Shown here piece by piece: positions 40,101 to 51,696 of a stretch of DNA of 64,000 nucleotides; the first letter of the stretch is position 1; every line of letters begins with the position of its first letter. Below the pieces are notes generated by a model that saw nothing but the letters and a program-made list of their open reading frames with translations, had not been told where the DNA came from and did no database searches. A program made the position numbers and the translations under genes. The stretch comes from Monocercomonoides exilis PA203. Lineage: Eukaryota; Protista; Preaxostyla. Where the stretch lies: contig LSRY02000004.1 of the NCBI GenBank assembly GCA_001643675.2, positions 1,984,001 through 2,048,000 of the forward strand, in the 5' to 3' direction.

Positions 40101-41271
40101 AGAGAATTCATCGCAGTCAATGGTGAAGGAGGAAGAAGATAAGTTTTCTGCTCTTGATGAAGAGGAACTTGTTGATGATCTCTTTGGGAAAAGTGATGAC
40201 GAGGAAGATGAAGCTGATAAGCCGAGTGTGAATGTGAAGAAAGAAGAAAGCAACTTGTCTTTGATGAATGGCACAGTATTACAAGATACAAAGCCGAAAA
40301 TTGAAAATAAAGAAACAATTGTCAAAGAAGAGCCAAATATTGCGCCTTCGCCTTTAAATGCCCAAAACTCAACTACTTCTCAAGCACCAGCTGATTCTCA
40401 AGCAGCTGACAGCAAACCCAAAATACGCCCAGCTCCAACCCGACCTCAGCGGCGGGTGATTCCGAAAAGGCCGTCGCATCCGATTCTTCCGCAGAGGCCT
40501 CAGTTTCAGGCGCAGTCAGAAGGCATCCAAACAGGCTTTGGCAGTCAGAGCTCTTTGGCTCCGTCTCCATTTCATCCAAACACTTCGTCTGAGCCGACTT
40601 CACCGCCTGCATGGACGCCTGCACAGGCAGGAGCAAAGACAGCTTCTGATTCAGGATCTGTTGAAAAGGCACCAAGGGCACAGAGAGCTGCTGGGATGAA
40701 GCTGCTTGATGAAGAAGAAGAGGAAGAAAGCGAGATTGAGTTCTCTGATGAGTCGAGTGATTCAGATCTGTTTGGTGAATATGATGACTCAGACACACAG
40801 AAAGAGGTAAAGCCTCCGCCTGTTGTTGAGAAGAAGAGACTGAGAATTGAAAGAGAAGAAGCAGAAGCCGAATCGAAAGAGAAGAAGCTGCAGGCTTTCG
40901 GATTTCTGGAAGAGCAGGATGCGAAGGATGAGGAAAGCGAAGAGGAAGAAAATGAAGCAGAGAAGGATGCACAGAAGAAAAAATGGGAGCTTCTTGATTT
41001 TCTGGGTGCAGATCATCCGCTTTCTCATCGCTCAATAAACTCCTCCAGCACACTTGCTGTTACATCGCTCTCAACGCTGCCTTCTTCCATCAGGCCATTC
41101 ATATTTCTCCCAACAAAGCAACTTCTTGCTGTTCTCCTGAAACTTATGGAAGCCACACCAGATCGAAGTCGTGCAAAGGAAAATGCTGGAGGAATGCCAC
41201 CCCGTTCACACACTCCTCATCACAGAAGACGTGAGTCTTTGCCTTCTCAGTCACTTCACAGACCATTTTGA
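37114..41271 (+). CDS. NELF-B/COBRA1-like protein with long low-complexity C-terminal extension
   Basis: Single long ORF. The N-terminal ~400 aa aligns by eye with NELF-B segments: LYDLMDISPKKVKNDLFNYLLDKM, LLRLSVPQLMNDHLSPIPLALLEK, RAYIFENDIPLFEAVV, DPLSTWFSLLD, LSLYVSD, VVSLGEE. Confidence 0.55.
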   Translation: MHMTFEEKHDKIPSESRDNSHLSILQLYDLMDISPKKVKNDLFNYLLDKMKTLLESLTIEQQDNLLRLSVPQLMNDHLSPIPLALLEKRPTAARADVKQLIISNPGFLWKIPAAARAYIFENDIPLFEAVVCTEIRRFCSEISIACMQIDVLDIKISQYVRENMPSLVSIQDSLSESQTLFKHLLDLLLRIDELEILPRNALASLRRTFASPAFGRLFSSSGSNEGGAAMFGSSDPLSTWFSLLDSLDAATPDKRQALSGFVSQLQANISGLLPATAQNSSHTSPYSATSALHSTSSSLMQQLRLLHHLSLYVSDLSLRVSVFRMISGIIPLPTIRVLPSSSYPSRPQHSKSHSLPSVSLLSAAASVTASGVAPSFAANQSVSSSVLSAQNDPRMQNALVVVSLGEEVAHIARLKEKEVKGRPEREEKERRRKEEEMEAVRLKGQAEPQLHQTDNSLADPSLRLRMCSLSQLYLHVIPLLVEFATSNSTPGMELLKENDVNLVSNVAAAQELILVHFLSLLKDLLQYTSTSSAPPFSSSSVSSHFSSHSSYPAHSPSASPPPFPFPSPSPSPSPPPLSSPNPSSSSSSSSSSSSTHTVTSDLSSNPCLKFFFQYNRNPLGVFLLSPSSPLLSLVSRFAPHFPWFFSSLLSILFSFPAFNPFNTSASSSSTSVLQTPSSFLPAPMSASNSSGSSSSLPSLFASCIGCIFSSLLLPLSLSSTAALHCAMCVLAVFHVKGTFDLGCREACRAALKEMEMARKEKEGGKRAEKEGENGDMQSSLDANKVMKSEETPSLMKEDPDNVYVKDIKQEIEDFRSKGMETEDSSEPILSGEKKSSEQENVHVEEMKHMIFDAKQAAGCDEGEEAGKENPFKDKQDGSSSLPFFANTQIGQQQNQPKGVYLYDLMLDLVGSGYLRTQQLDVDASFKEIIRDSIRKKGEKKKRMVKSTHSSPNNEDNSNHPVKSDTSSELAEKAEKSDTDLSTVSRQSGNITNEKAKENSSQSMVKEEEDKFSALDEEELVDDLFGKSDDEEDEADKPSVNVKKEESNLSLMNGTVLQDTKPKIENKETIVKEEPNIAPSPLNAQNSTTSQAPADSQAADSKPKIRPAPTRPQRRVIPKRPSHPILPQRPQFQAQSEGIQTGFGSQSSLAPSPFHPNTSSEPTSPPAWTPAQAGAKTASDSGSVEKAPRAQRAAGMKLLDEEEEEESEIEFSDESSDSDLFGEYDDSDTQKEVKPPPVVEKKRLRIEREEAEAESKEKKLQAFGFLEEQDAKDEESEEEENEAEKDAQKKKWELLDFLGADHPLSHRSINSSSTLAVTSLSTLPSSIRPFIFLPTKQLLAVLLKLMEATPDRSRAKENAGGMPPRSHTPHHRRRESLPSQSLHRPF

Positions 41272-41461
41272 GGCGGTTCATTGCAACTTGCGTGTGCTTT
41301 ATTTTTTGGTATTTCTTATTAATTTGTAATAAACTTAATTTATAAATAAAAGAAATAATAATCTTATTTTCATTTCAAAAAAATCATTTTTTTTTCCTTT
41401 CAAAATCAATAAAATAAACAAGAGCACTTGAAAATATTATAAATGTTTTGTGAAGTGAAGT

Positions 41462-44083
41462 TTAGTGAGCCAATTTATCTGATTGCTTTTCTTCAGATAG
41501 ATCGTGAAGTGTCTTTTTCACCTTTGCCCTCAGGCACTCATCCCACTCAAACGGCTTGTATATCTTTTTCACCTTTTTCCCTTCTGATCTCTTAACCACA
41601 ACATCCATCCGTTTGAATGTGTAGAACTGCTCTTCGCTGAGAATGGTCACTGCATCGCCTGGCTGTCCTGCACGTGCCGTTCTTCCCATTCTGTGCACAT
41701 ACGTCGCAGCTGAAGGAGGCATATCGTAGCAGACAACGAGGCTGATTGAAGGCACATCCAGCCCACGCGCCATCGCATCGGATGCGATCACCACATTCAG
41801 CGCCCCGCTGCGGAGAGCTTCTGTCACTGCGACTCTTTCCTTCTGGCTCAGTTCTCGGCTGAAGTGCACGGTGCGCAAAGGAATGGTTATTTTTGGATCT
41901 TTGGTAGGAGACGTCTTCTGAGCTGTTGATGCTTTTGATGTTTCAGCAGATGCCTCCTTGTGATGTGAATCGCTTTTTGTTTCTTTCTTTGAGTCCTTTT
42001 CCTTTTCAGAGACTGAATCTGAATCTGAATCTGAATCTGAGTCCGAGTCCGAGTCTGAGTCAGAATCTGAATCAGAGTCTGAAGAGCTGCTGCTCTCTTC
42101 ATCTTTTTCAGTTTCTTGTTCTTCATCAACTTTCCTTCTCTTCTCTCCATGTGCTTCTGTAGATGAAGACTGTGCATGCAGCCTTTGTTTAGCAGCATCG
42201 ATGAAAAGTGTCTCATCAACTGCTCCAAACAATTGGAGGAAACGAGACAGAATCTGCGCTGTTTCAACTTTATTGGTAAACACCAACACAGTCTTCTTTG
42301 GCAGATTTTTCGTAATTGAACCATCGGATTTTGAGGAAGATGAAGAAGAGGAAGAAATTGAGCCTGTTTCCTGCCTTAGGAAATATGGAATTAACATTTG
42401 TTGCTGTTGTGGTTGTATCCCTTTTTTACTATTTCGCTGCTGTTCAGCTGCAATTTTTGCAAGTGTGCTCATTGGAGTTCCGTTAATCCCTGATAGCCAT
42501 CGGTACAAGATGTGCAAGAGCATTAAGGGCTTTTCTGAATCTGATCTTGTCGTAATTACATATTCATTCAGCTCTGCAGGCAAATAAAATAAAATGCTCG
42601 AGCGCTGTGAAGTATCTGAACTTTTTGCTTTTTCTTTCGATTCTTCTTCTTTTTGTTTTGTGGAAAGCATCGAGTCTTTCCCTTCGCTCCTTTTCTCCAT
42701 TTTTTGCACCCCAGCTGCCCCCACCTGCTTGTAATTAGGGAACGCTGCAGACGGTGATATGAGGATAGGTGTATCAAGTCGGAGAGATGCAAATCTTGAT
42801 GGATCCTGTGCGAGTGTAGCAGAAAACAGCAGAGTGCGAAGCGGTCGTTGAGTGAAAGATGATGCAGATGTGGCGCATGAGGCATCTGTGGTTAGCTGTG
42901 ACGCATAGCCTTCCAGCAACGCTGAATCATCTGTCTGTATCCATGAGAAGTGATCAGCACGCATTTTTTCGGTAGGTGCAGAAGGAGCAGAAGTGGACAG
43001 TGTAAAGAGAGAAGCCGCTGTTGATGAATCTTCTTCTGTTGTGCTTTGAATTACTGCAGCATCCGCATGATGTGTATCCGTCTTTGCTGAGCAAGAAAAT
43101 GGGTTGCATGACAACGTTGTAAGTGTATTTATTATTCGTTCAAAAGATAAATCGTCTTTCGAAGAAGAAATACCATCGAAGGTTGGCTGTTCAGATGCTA
43201 CTGGATATGGACTGGAAAAAAATAAAGCCTTTTCTGCATCTTCCATCTTTAAATCAACTGAGAACGTTTGAGCATCCTCTGGATCATCTTCTTTCTTTCT
43301 TTGAGCAGATATATTTTTAATTTGATTTGTTTTTTCATTTCTTCTTTCCTTCACAGACGTTGTATCTTTCTTCTGGTGAGGATTGTTAACTTGTGCAGAT
43401 TTCTTTGTGTGCGCAATCTCTTCACGTATATGATTGGAGGCCAGTGACTTTGATTGCATTGATGCATATATTGCATCAATCCATCCATGAAATTCATGAT
43501 TCATAAGTCTGTCGGCTTCATCAATAACAAAGTATTCAAGTCGTGAAAGAGAAAACCCTGGAGTATGATTAATATGATCCACAAGACGCCCAGGAGTTGC
43601 AACGACTATGTCTGCAGGAGGAGTAGCAACTCCAGATGTTGATTTTGCTTTGCTTTTTCCAACTAATAATGCTTGTTCATCCAAAAAAGACGATGTTCCA
43701 GTTGCGCAAGCAACTCTCAGGCCAAGTTTAGAACAAAATGGCTCGAAAACACTTGTAACTTGTGATGCAAGTTCCCTTGTTGGAACAATGATCAATGCAT
43801 GAAGAGCATGATAATGCAGTTGAGATAATCCTTGAACAATAGGAACCACATATGCCAATGTTTTTCCACTTCCAGTTGGAGAACTGACGCACACATCACC
43901 CCAAAGAGAGTCCATATGACTTACAAGAATAGAAGAAATGACAAGTTGTTGCATTGGAAAAAAAGAAAAAATTTTCATCTCATCTTTGAGAGTAGAGATA
44001 ATTGAAGGATGAAAATCGAAAAAAGTTAATGGACAATTCTCTTCTCTGGGATCAAAATGATCTTCATGAGCCCATGTGAACAT
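41462..44083 (-). CDS. DBP6: DEAD-box RNA helicase Dbp6/DDX51
   Basis: Q motif FFPMQ, DVCVSSPTGSGKTLAYVVPIV, PTRELA, TPGRLVDH, DEADRL, LFSATL, SDAMARGLD, YVHRMGRTARAG. Start placed at ATG 44083 because the longer ORF overlaps RBM22 exon 1. Confidence 0.88.
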   Translation of the reverse strand: MFTWAHEDHFDPREENCPLTFFDFHPSIISTLKDEMKIFSFFPMQQLVISSILVSHMDSLWGDVCVSSPTGSGKTLAYVVPIVQGLSQLHYHALHALIIVPTRELASQVTSVFEPFCSKLGLRVACATGTSSFLDEQALLVGKSKAKSTSGVATPPADIVVATPGRLVDHINHTPGFSLSRLEYFVIDEADRLMNHEFHGWIDAIYASMQSKSLASNHIREEIAHTKKSAQVNNPHQKKDTTSVKERRNEKTNQIKNISAQRKKEDDPEDAQTFSVDLKMEDAEKALFFSSPYPVASEQPTFDGISSSKDDLSFERIINTLTTLSCNPFSCSAKTDTHHADAAVIQSTTEEDSSTAASLFTLSTSAPSAPTEKMRADHFSWIQTDDSALLEGYASQLTTDASCATSASSFTQRPLRTLLFSATLAQDPSRFASLRLDTPILISPSAAFPNYKQVGAAGVQKMEKRSEGKDSMLSTKQKEEESKEKAKSSDTSQRSSILFYLPAELNEYVITTRSDSEKPLMLLHILYRWLSGINGTPMSTLAKIAAEQQRNSKKGIQPQQQQMLIPYFLRQETGSISSSSSSSSKSDGSITKNLPKKTVLVFTNKVETAQILSRFLQLFGAVDETLFIDAAKQRLHAQSSSTEAHGEKRRKVDEEQETEKDEESSSSSDSDSDSDSDSDSDSDSDSDSDSVSEKEKDSKKETKSDSHHKEASAETSKASTAQKTSPTKDPKITIPLRTVHFSRELSQKERVAVTEALRSGALNVVIASDAMARGLDVPSISLVVCYDMPPSAATYVHRMGRTARAGQPGDAVTILSEEQFYTFKRMDVVVKRSEGKKVKKIYKPFEWDECLRAKVKKTLHDLSEEKQSDKLAH
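42013..42082 (-). repeat. Hexamer repeat encoding (SD)n within DBP6
   Basis: tctgaa/tccgag units visible on the + strand. Confidence 0.9.
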
Positions 44084-44180
44084 CAGAGAACAAAAAATGA
44101 AAAATAATGTTTGTTTATTCTGAAAAATAAATATTGGGAAACAAAAATTAAGATCATATTTTGGAGGATATTTGCCGTGA
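44084..44180. promoter_or_regulatory. Putative bidirectional promoter DBP6/RBM22
   Basis: 97 bp between divergent ATGs; AGATCA at 44151. Confidence 0.55.
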
Positions 44181-45489
44181 ATGAGTGAAGCAATAGACTT
44201 TCCTATATTGTGTAACACTTGCCTAGGAATGAGTGCAAATATTCGCATGGTTTGCATAACTTTAATATTCTATTTCTCAAAAAGTGAAATTTTTTTAAAT
44301 TTTTATTAATTTCCTATCTTTGACAGACAAAAGAACCATTTGGAAAGGAGTGCAAGGTTTGTAACTTCATGCATGTGGAAATTTTTCATTCTTCTATTAT
44401 ATTAGATTTGTCAAAAACCATTTAACGTTTATAGATGGAAACCTAAAATTCCCGATGGAGATGCTCGATATAAAAAAACTGAAATTTGCCCTGGTATGCA
44501 ACATATCGTCTATAAGATAATTAACTTGAAAAAAATTAAAAATTTTTTCAGATTGTGCAAAAGAAAAGAATGTTTGCCAAACTTGCCTTTTGGATCTAAT
44601 GCATGGGCTTCCGGTCCAAGTTAGAGATAGTTTATACAGTGGAACTGGAGGAGTTGAAGCATCTGATCCTTCTGTTCCAAAATCAGTTGTAAATATTGAT
44701 TATCATTTTGCTTTGAATCGGATGAGGGTATTTATTTATTAATAAATATAAATTTTTTCATCAGAAATACTGTTATAAATTTATCAGGAAGAAACTGAAC
44801 CGGGTAGCGGAGAAAATAAAAAGGCTCCTTCACTTATATCTGAGCCCGTTAAAGATGCAATTGCTGCTCTTTCACATTCAACGCCTTATTATAAACGAAA
44901 TAAAGCACATATATGCTCGTTTTGGGTAAAGGGAGAATGCAAGCGAGGTGATGAATGTCCATATTTGCATGAAATGCCTAAAACTGGTCCATTGTCAAAG
45001 CAGAACTTCAAGGATCGATATTTTGGTGTTGATGATCCGGTGGCAGAGAAGATGCTGGGGAAACTGAAGGAAAATGGAACGCTTCCTCAAACAACTTCTC
45101 GTTCTGCTGTTTCGGATGTATTTACTCCTCCTTCTGATGGGACCATAAAGAGCATATGGATTGTTGGAATTGAAGAGTCTGGAAGGAAGAAAGAAGAATG
45201 CGAAAAGGCAATAAAGGAAGCCTTCCAAAGATTCGGGGCGATAGAACGAGTTTACTATCTGACAGGGAAAGCAAGTGCTATTGTCACGTTTGTCAGTCGC
45301 AGCATAGCTGAAGCAGCGATGGTAAAGATAAGAGAAGAGGGCAAAGGCAGAGCAGCTGTCCCGTTTGAAGGCAAGGAGATACGCATTCGGTGGGGCCAAG
45401 CATCAAAGAAAGATTCAAAGCCGGTTTCTGCAAAGCCATATTCTTCAATGGATCCGTCATATTTGGGAGGAAGAAAAGATTACGATTGA
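44181..45489 (+). CDS. RBM22: Pre-mRNA splicing factor RBM22/Slt11, 5 exons
   Basis: MSEAIDFPILCNTCLG...IRM/TKEPFGKECK/ICQKPFNVYRW...KKTEICP/DCAKEKNVCQTCLLDLMHGLPVQVRD; PYYKRNKAHICSFWVKGECKRGDECPYLHEMP; RRM; C-terminal YSSMDP. Four GT-AG introns, all in phase. Confidence 0.96.
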
Positions 45490-45881
45490 AAAATGCAACG
45501 GAAATGAAAGTGTTCCGTATTTAAAAAAAGACGAAGAAGAATTTTAATTTTTTTGTTATATTTTTATTAAAGTTGTTTTTTCACTTCATTTCTTTAATTT
45601 TAAAGGCAATAAGCCGAAAGAATAAACATTTCACCGAAGCGCAAACATTCAACAAAATGAATATCTGCTAATATCCCTGTCAATTGGAAAGTTAAAGTCA
45701 TTTTTATTTTTATTAATATATTAATAAATGGTGAAAAATTCAAAAAAATTCTAAGTGATAAATTGAAACATTCTATTAGATCATGTATCAATTGTAAATA
45801 TTTAAAAACACAGCAAAAGTCAAATTAAATAGAGGATTTATTCATTATAATAAATTTATGAATTACAGGTTCTAAACGATA

Positions 45882-48800
45882 ATTCATTTATCATCATCAT
45901 CTGCAAACTCCAACAATAAAATTTCAGATTCCCAAAAAAAAATGATGTCTGGCTCTTGATTTATCTTTTATTCCCTTCCCTTCCCTTCCCTTCCTTTCCT
46001 TTCCTTCTCTTCCTTCTCTTCCCTTCCTGTGTGGAGGCACACCCTGCCAAATTGAAAGGAGCAATCCCCAGCCAAAAGATGGCAGATGGAACAGATCAGA
46101 AACAATTCCAAAGTGTCTCCTCTTCTCCACCATCTCCTTTCCTCATTTCATTCTCTTTCATTCACTTTTATCATCTTTTATCATCTTTATCATCTTTATC
46201 ATCTTTATCATCTTTATCATCTTTTATTCACTTTTATTCACTTTTATTCACTTTTATTCACTTTTATCGTCTTTATCATCTTAATTGCCTTTATCCCTCA
46301 CACACTTCCTTCCAGTCCTCCTTCTGCGCCTCCAGCTCCAGACAGCCCAAGCACGCCCACTTCCCTTTCACCCCTTCTCCTTTTCTCTCTCCTTTTCTCT
46401 CTCCTTCTCCTTCTTTTTCTTTCTCTCCCTCTTTCTCTCCCTCTTTCTCTCTTTCTCCTTCTCTCTCTCCTTCTCCCTCGCACCCAAACACAAACACCCT
46501 TCCTCCGCTGTGTGTCAGCTGCATCCATCACCCGCCAATCACAACAGATCCCAAATCCCAAATAAATATTGCCAAAAAAGAAAGAAAAAGAAAAAAGAAA
46601 ATATAAATTCAATAGATTTCATTCATAAATCCCCACAACAAACATCTCCCCCCCCTACAAAATATATGCAACAAATCAAATTCTTCCAAAGATTCAATTC
46701 CTCTCTCTCTTTCTCTCTCTCTCTTTCACTTTCAAAAATAAAAAAAAGATACATACCAGCAAGCGTTCTTTCCCTTCTGCGTCTTCTGCAAACCCGACTG
46801 TCCCAAACAGCCCTGCCTTCTCCTTCCCCAACTTCAGCCGGCTGTCCTCCATGTGGAACACTTCGTGCATCTCTGACTCCTGCTGCTGCCCAAACAGCAT
46901 CCGCGGCGATGATGATGGCAACAGCAATGATGATGATGATGATGATGATGATGTCGATGATGATGATGATGATTCACTTTCAGCTGGCTTTCGAAACCAT
47001 CCAAACAGAGATGAAAACAGCCCTTTCTTTTCTGTTCTCTCTTCTTCCCGCCCTTCATCCTTGTTCCCCTCTTTCTTCTTGCATTCTGCTTCTGACAATG
47101 CCTTCAAATCCTGCAAATCTTCTTCTCTGTCCCTTGAAGATGAAGAAGATGGTGATGAAGAAGATGATGATGATGATGTTTCTTCAGTCTTGGGAATCCT
47201 CCAGATGTGCAGCGTCCCACTTTTCCCAAATGCCGATATGACATTGCTTTCAACTGAAATCGCCACAGCTGCCAACCAGCAACACCCACAAACATCACAC
47301 AAACATCGCACAATCCCAACACACACGCAATGAACAGTAAACGTCCAGCCACAAGCAACAAAATGAAGGAGTTACATAAATAAATAAATAAATAAATAAG
47401 AAAAGAAAAGAAAAAGAAAAGAAAAAGAAAAGAAAAAAAGACTCCCCAATAAAAAAAATCATCTGCCCACTCGATAAATATTTCCATCTTCACTTATCCA
47501 GCAGATCTCCCTTCAAATATTAATCTCACAAACTCCACACAACAAAATTCTATTCTTTTAACTTCATTTAGCTTTTGCCTCTCTTCTCTTTCTCTTTTTC
47601 TTTCTCTTTCTCTTTCTGACCTTCCTTGAATCCTCAACACATACAATATATTATGCATCGGCTCCCGTATTTGCTTCGGTTGTATTCCCCCACACATGTT
47701 CCGTCCTGCACATTCCACAGCCTGATAATCGTCCCCTGAATGGTCCCAATTCATAAATGTGCAACAATGTCGCAATAATTATAAAAATCAGAATCAGAAT
47801 TGAAATTGAAATTAAAATTAAAATTAAAATTAAAATTGGAATCAGAATTAGAATCAGAATTTAAATGATCAATATCAAATATGTGCTTTTCCAAATATGA
47901 CATCAACTTGTTTCCTTTTCCTCCAAACCTTTTGTCCAGCTGTAGCAAGCAGCTCTCCATCTTTTGAAAGACTTAATGCAGCAACTGGTCCATGATTGTG
48001 TGCTTTGAATGTTCTGTTATCGTTTATATTCGTATTTCTACTTATTCGCACCTCCATCGGCTTTCCACTTGAATCATCCGTACTGCTGCTTCCAATATTA
48101 TCAGACCCTTCAATGCACGATGTCTTATAACCAATATTTATTAATGCCACATCTCCTTCAGTCGATGGGAGTGAAATAGCAAGCCAGCAAGGCGAGTTTT
48201 TGTCGATAGCATTAGACCTTGATAACATTGGCCCAAGTGCTGTGTTTTGTGCTGTAAATGGAATGTGGTTTTTGTAATCGTCAGCTAAATTTATATTAAA
48301 ATAATAATAATAAAGAAATGCATTTTCATAGATTGAATGTTTTTTCTCATACAAAAGTTAAATCTAGAAAGATATTTGCCATTAAGATTGAACACAGCCA
48401 CATAATCTTCATGAAACACCACAATGCGCTCCTTGTTCAAAGCGATATGCACAGGTTTATCCTTAATATTCATAATTACTATAAATTCTTTTATTACATA
48501 TGAATAGGTTTTTATCTTAAATTTAGTTGTTGAATCATTCACTGTTTGAGTGCAATAGCCAATAACACCGCTGTCCACGCAATGTGCAACACATAACACA
48601 ATCTCTTGAGAATCATTAGAATTATTTTCAGCTATCGGAAAACTTCTTCTCCAAATAAATAAATGTGTGCAAACATGAATAAAACTTGTCTTTAGTGAAA
48701 ATGTCGCGTACAACAATTTTTTCCGTTTCAAATGTTAATATCCTAGAAGTAAATGCTCTATAACTCCAACTTGTTGGTCGTATCTTTTCAATTTTCGAGC

Positions 48801-49161
48801 ACATTGTCAGCCTTTAAAAAATGAATTTTAACTCTATTCGTAAATTGTTTAAATTTGTGTTTTTATTTTTTATAAGTAAATTTATGTGCAAACTATATAT
48901 ATGTTCGTTGTGAGATGTAAAGTATATGTCAATACCCAACCAACCAACGAAAAAAAAAAGATGAGGATCAAGCACCTATTATTTTTTTCAGCATGCAGGA
49001 GACGTCATATTAATCCAGCAATTCTCCTTCAAAATTCATTCTATCAATCATTTTTCAAATTTTTACAGATTTTCCTCTGCCTTTGAAGTGCTTTGAGCTT
49101 TGTTTCTTTTGACTTTTTTTATTCCCTGGCCTGGATTTAATGATTTGGCAAAAATGGCTTT
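45882..49161 (-). repeat. Left arm of ~3.3 kb inverted duplication
   Basis: Reverse complement of 52238-55549. Six ORF-track translations are identical between the arms. Boundaries were read by eye (outer attcatttatcatc; inner ggcaaaaatggcttt). Confidence 0.95.
46291..48804 (-). CDS. ATG18/WIPI (PROPPIN)-like WD40 protein, copy A
   Basis: Mirror copy of 52595-55148. FKAHNHGPVAALSLSKDGELLATAGQK/GTIIRLWN...IIY/SVAISVESNVISAFGKSGTLHIWRI after splicing. Confidence 0.72.
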
Positions 49162-49366
49162 TAAGAGTTAATTATTTGTTTATTGTTTCTGTTATTTCTT
49201 AATTCGCATATCCATCTTCTATATTTTATGTTTTGCATGGTGTTGAATGGATCTTTATTTAGAACGATTTGAAAAATCGTTTTTTTGTTTTAATGAAATA
49301 AAATTATTTATGGGGGATTTAATTTTTATAATGGGTTCTATTAAATTTTTCATATGAATTTTTTTG

Positions 49367-51696
49367 ATGGAATCTTTGAACAAAGGTTTGCCTTTTTATT
49401 TTTCTTTTAATTTGTTTTATTTATTTTATTGTTAAAATTTTTAATCATTCGTTTTTTGCGTGTTTAAAAGATGTTAATAATCTTTGCAGCAGTGAGATAA
49501 CTTCTTATTTCAAGAAGATATTTATTTCATCATATCAAATTGTACAAAATGAAAATGCAGTTGAAAAAATCATTCAAAAGTTCAATGAATCTTTATCTCT
49601 CACAACGGATGAACAAATAGCAAACAGTGATTCTGAAACAATTGATAATTTAACAGATTGCTTAAACTGTTTTTGTTGTTGGGCAGATCAGCAAAGGTTA
49701 TAATTTCTCATTTGATCTTTTATGGATGAATAATATTTTGATTCTTTTCGTCTGTTATTTCTTTCAAATCAATATTCAGATTAACTGTTGGAGTGAACAT
49801 TGGAGAAATTATAAAAAAAGAAATACAACGAATTATCATTTCAGTAATGAACAATAAAAGAAAAGAAAATGAACCTCCGTTGTCATTTTCTTCAACTTCT
49901 TCATCTTCATTGTTGAATAATCCAGTAACTTGTTATCATGAATCATCTCTTCTTTCACCTACTGCAGTGGAAATGTTCAAAAAACATGAAAAGGAACAAC
50001 CACCACTTATCGATAAATCAACTTGTTCATCCAGGCACAATCAACTTCAAATAGATTCTTCTTTGAAGAGAAAGTGGGATGTTCCAAAATCTCAAAGAAA
50101 TATAGAAATGGAGAATCCTTTTAACTGTTTTCTGGAAATTCGAGGAAAAATTAAAGAAATGTTATTCACTCAACTTGGAAGCAGATATTTTCAAAAATGT
50201 TTATGTTCGCTAAAATGCTCAGCTATTGGAGGAAAAAGGAAACAGTTATTGAACATGAAATATCAGGATAATTTCGAAAATGACAAAAATTCAGATGAGT
50301 TCAAATTAGAACAAGCTATTTCAATGAGCATCGATGAAATCAAAGATGAGCTTAATGAACTTTGTATAAATCAGTTTGGGAATTATGCCATTCAGGAAAT
50401 CTGGCAAAATTGCTCTTTTCATAATAAAGAAAAAATACTTTCTCTGCTGGAGGAGCACTTGATAAAGTTGAGTTGTGACGAACATGGGTCCAGAGTTGTC
50501 CAAAGGATAGTTGAAGACTCGGAGCATTCATTACGTTTATGGATCGGGAAAAGAATTATTCCAGATTATTTTAACATTTTGCTTAACAATAATGGGGTGT
50601 ATGTTGCATTGAGCATTGCGGAAACGTGGAGTGAAGAAGAAAAAGAACCTGCAATTCGGACGGTCTGTTTTCATATAAAGGAGATCTTGGAAGATCAATG
50701 TGGATTCGCAATAGTGCAAAAGTTAATTCAGCTGTCTTCTCCAAAGCAAAAATGCCAAATTATCACCTCAGTTCTTCCTCAAATAAACGTTGTGGATGTG
50801 GCAAAAGATAACAGGAAAAACTGTTTATTAGCGGAATTTTTGATGTTGAAAGGTGATAAAAAAGACATGTGTGATTTCTTTTTATTAGAAATTAATTTCT
50901 GCATTATTGTTTTTTTTTGACTTTTAGTTACAGATACACAAGAGAAAAAATAATATCTTCTCTTTTGCCAAATTTTTTGGAGTTGTGCTTCAACGAAGAA
51001 TCTTTTGTTCTAATGGAAATTGTTGTTTTGAAATCCGATAAGAAAAACAGACTTCGAATAATTACACAATTGAAGAGAACAAACTCCTTTCTGCATTTAT
51101 TACAAAACCCTTTTGGATACAACATTTATTTGGAATTGTTGTTGTTTTGTGACAATAATACCGCAAAAAGAATATACAAAGACACTTTATCAGAAGCAAA
51201 AGGAGACATTGTAGAGGAATTACAACAAATATTGATATTTATTGAAAAAGTGATTGAAACAAAAACCTCTGGACACAATCAAATATTTGATAATATTACA
51301 AAAAATATGTTAGCTTCACACAAGAGAAGATTACAAAATCACCGTTACTTCAATACAAGATCATCAATCAAAATAAATAGATCACTTTTGCAAAAAAATA
51401 TAACCAGTTCGGACTCTTTCTCAAAGAATAAACTAACTCTTTTTTCATTTGATTCTATCGAAAAAACGCCATCTTCAATACCAATTTTACCTCCCCCTCC
51501 CCCTCCACCTCCTCCATTGCTTTTTTTTCATCAACCTTTATCATCATCAACATTGCCTCCACCACCTTCAATTATCCAGAAGTCCCAAAATGTCAAAATA
51601 GTTAAAACTTCTGTTAATCTTCTTCATCTTCCACCACCACCTCCTCCTCCTCAACATTTGATTTTCAAAAAAGAAATAACAAATTTTAAACAATGA
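49367..51696 (+). CDS. Divergent Pumilio/PUF RNA-binding protein with C-terminal polyproline, 4 exons
   Basis: Exons joined in phase (MESLNK/DVNNLCSS...QQ/RLTVGV...; intron ~50869-50933). Eight Puf-like repeats, e.g. TQLGSRYFQK, NQFGNYAIQE, DEHGSRVVQR, NPFGYNIYLE. Confidence 0.8.

Noticed and set aside
44084-44257. N-terminal extension of the 931-aa DBP6 ORF
   Set aside because: It overlaps RBM22 exon 1 on the opposite strand and has intergenic-like composition; ATG 44083 is more plausible.
46160-46280. Tandem TCATCTTTA / TTCACTTTTA units as a CRISPR-like or telomeric array
   Set aside because: Simple 9-10 bp tandem repeats with no unique spacers, lying in a duplicated 3' region.
45924-47333. 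Plus-strand ORFs of 159-318 aa in the left arm (and mirrors in the right arm)
   Set aside because: Antisense or microsatellite read-through of ATG18-like exons, introns and 3' repeats.
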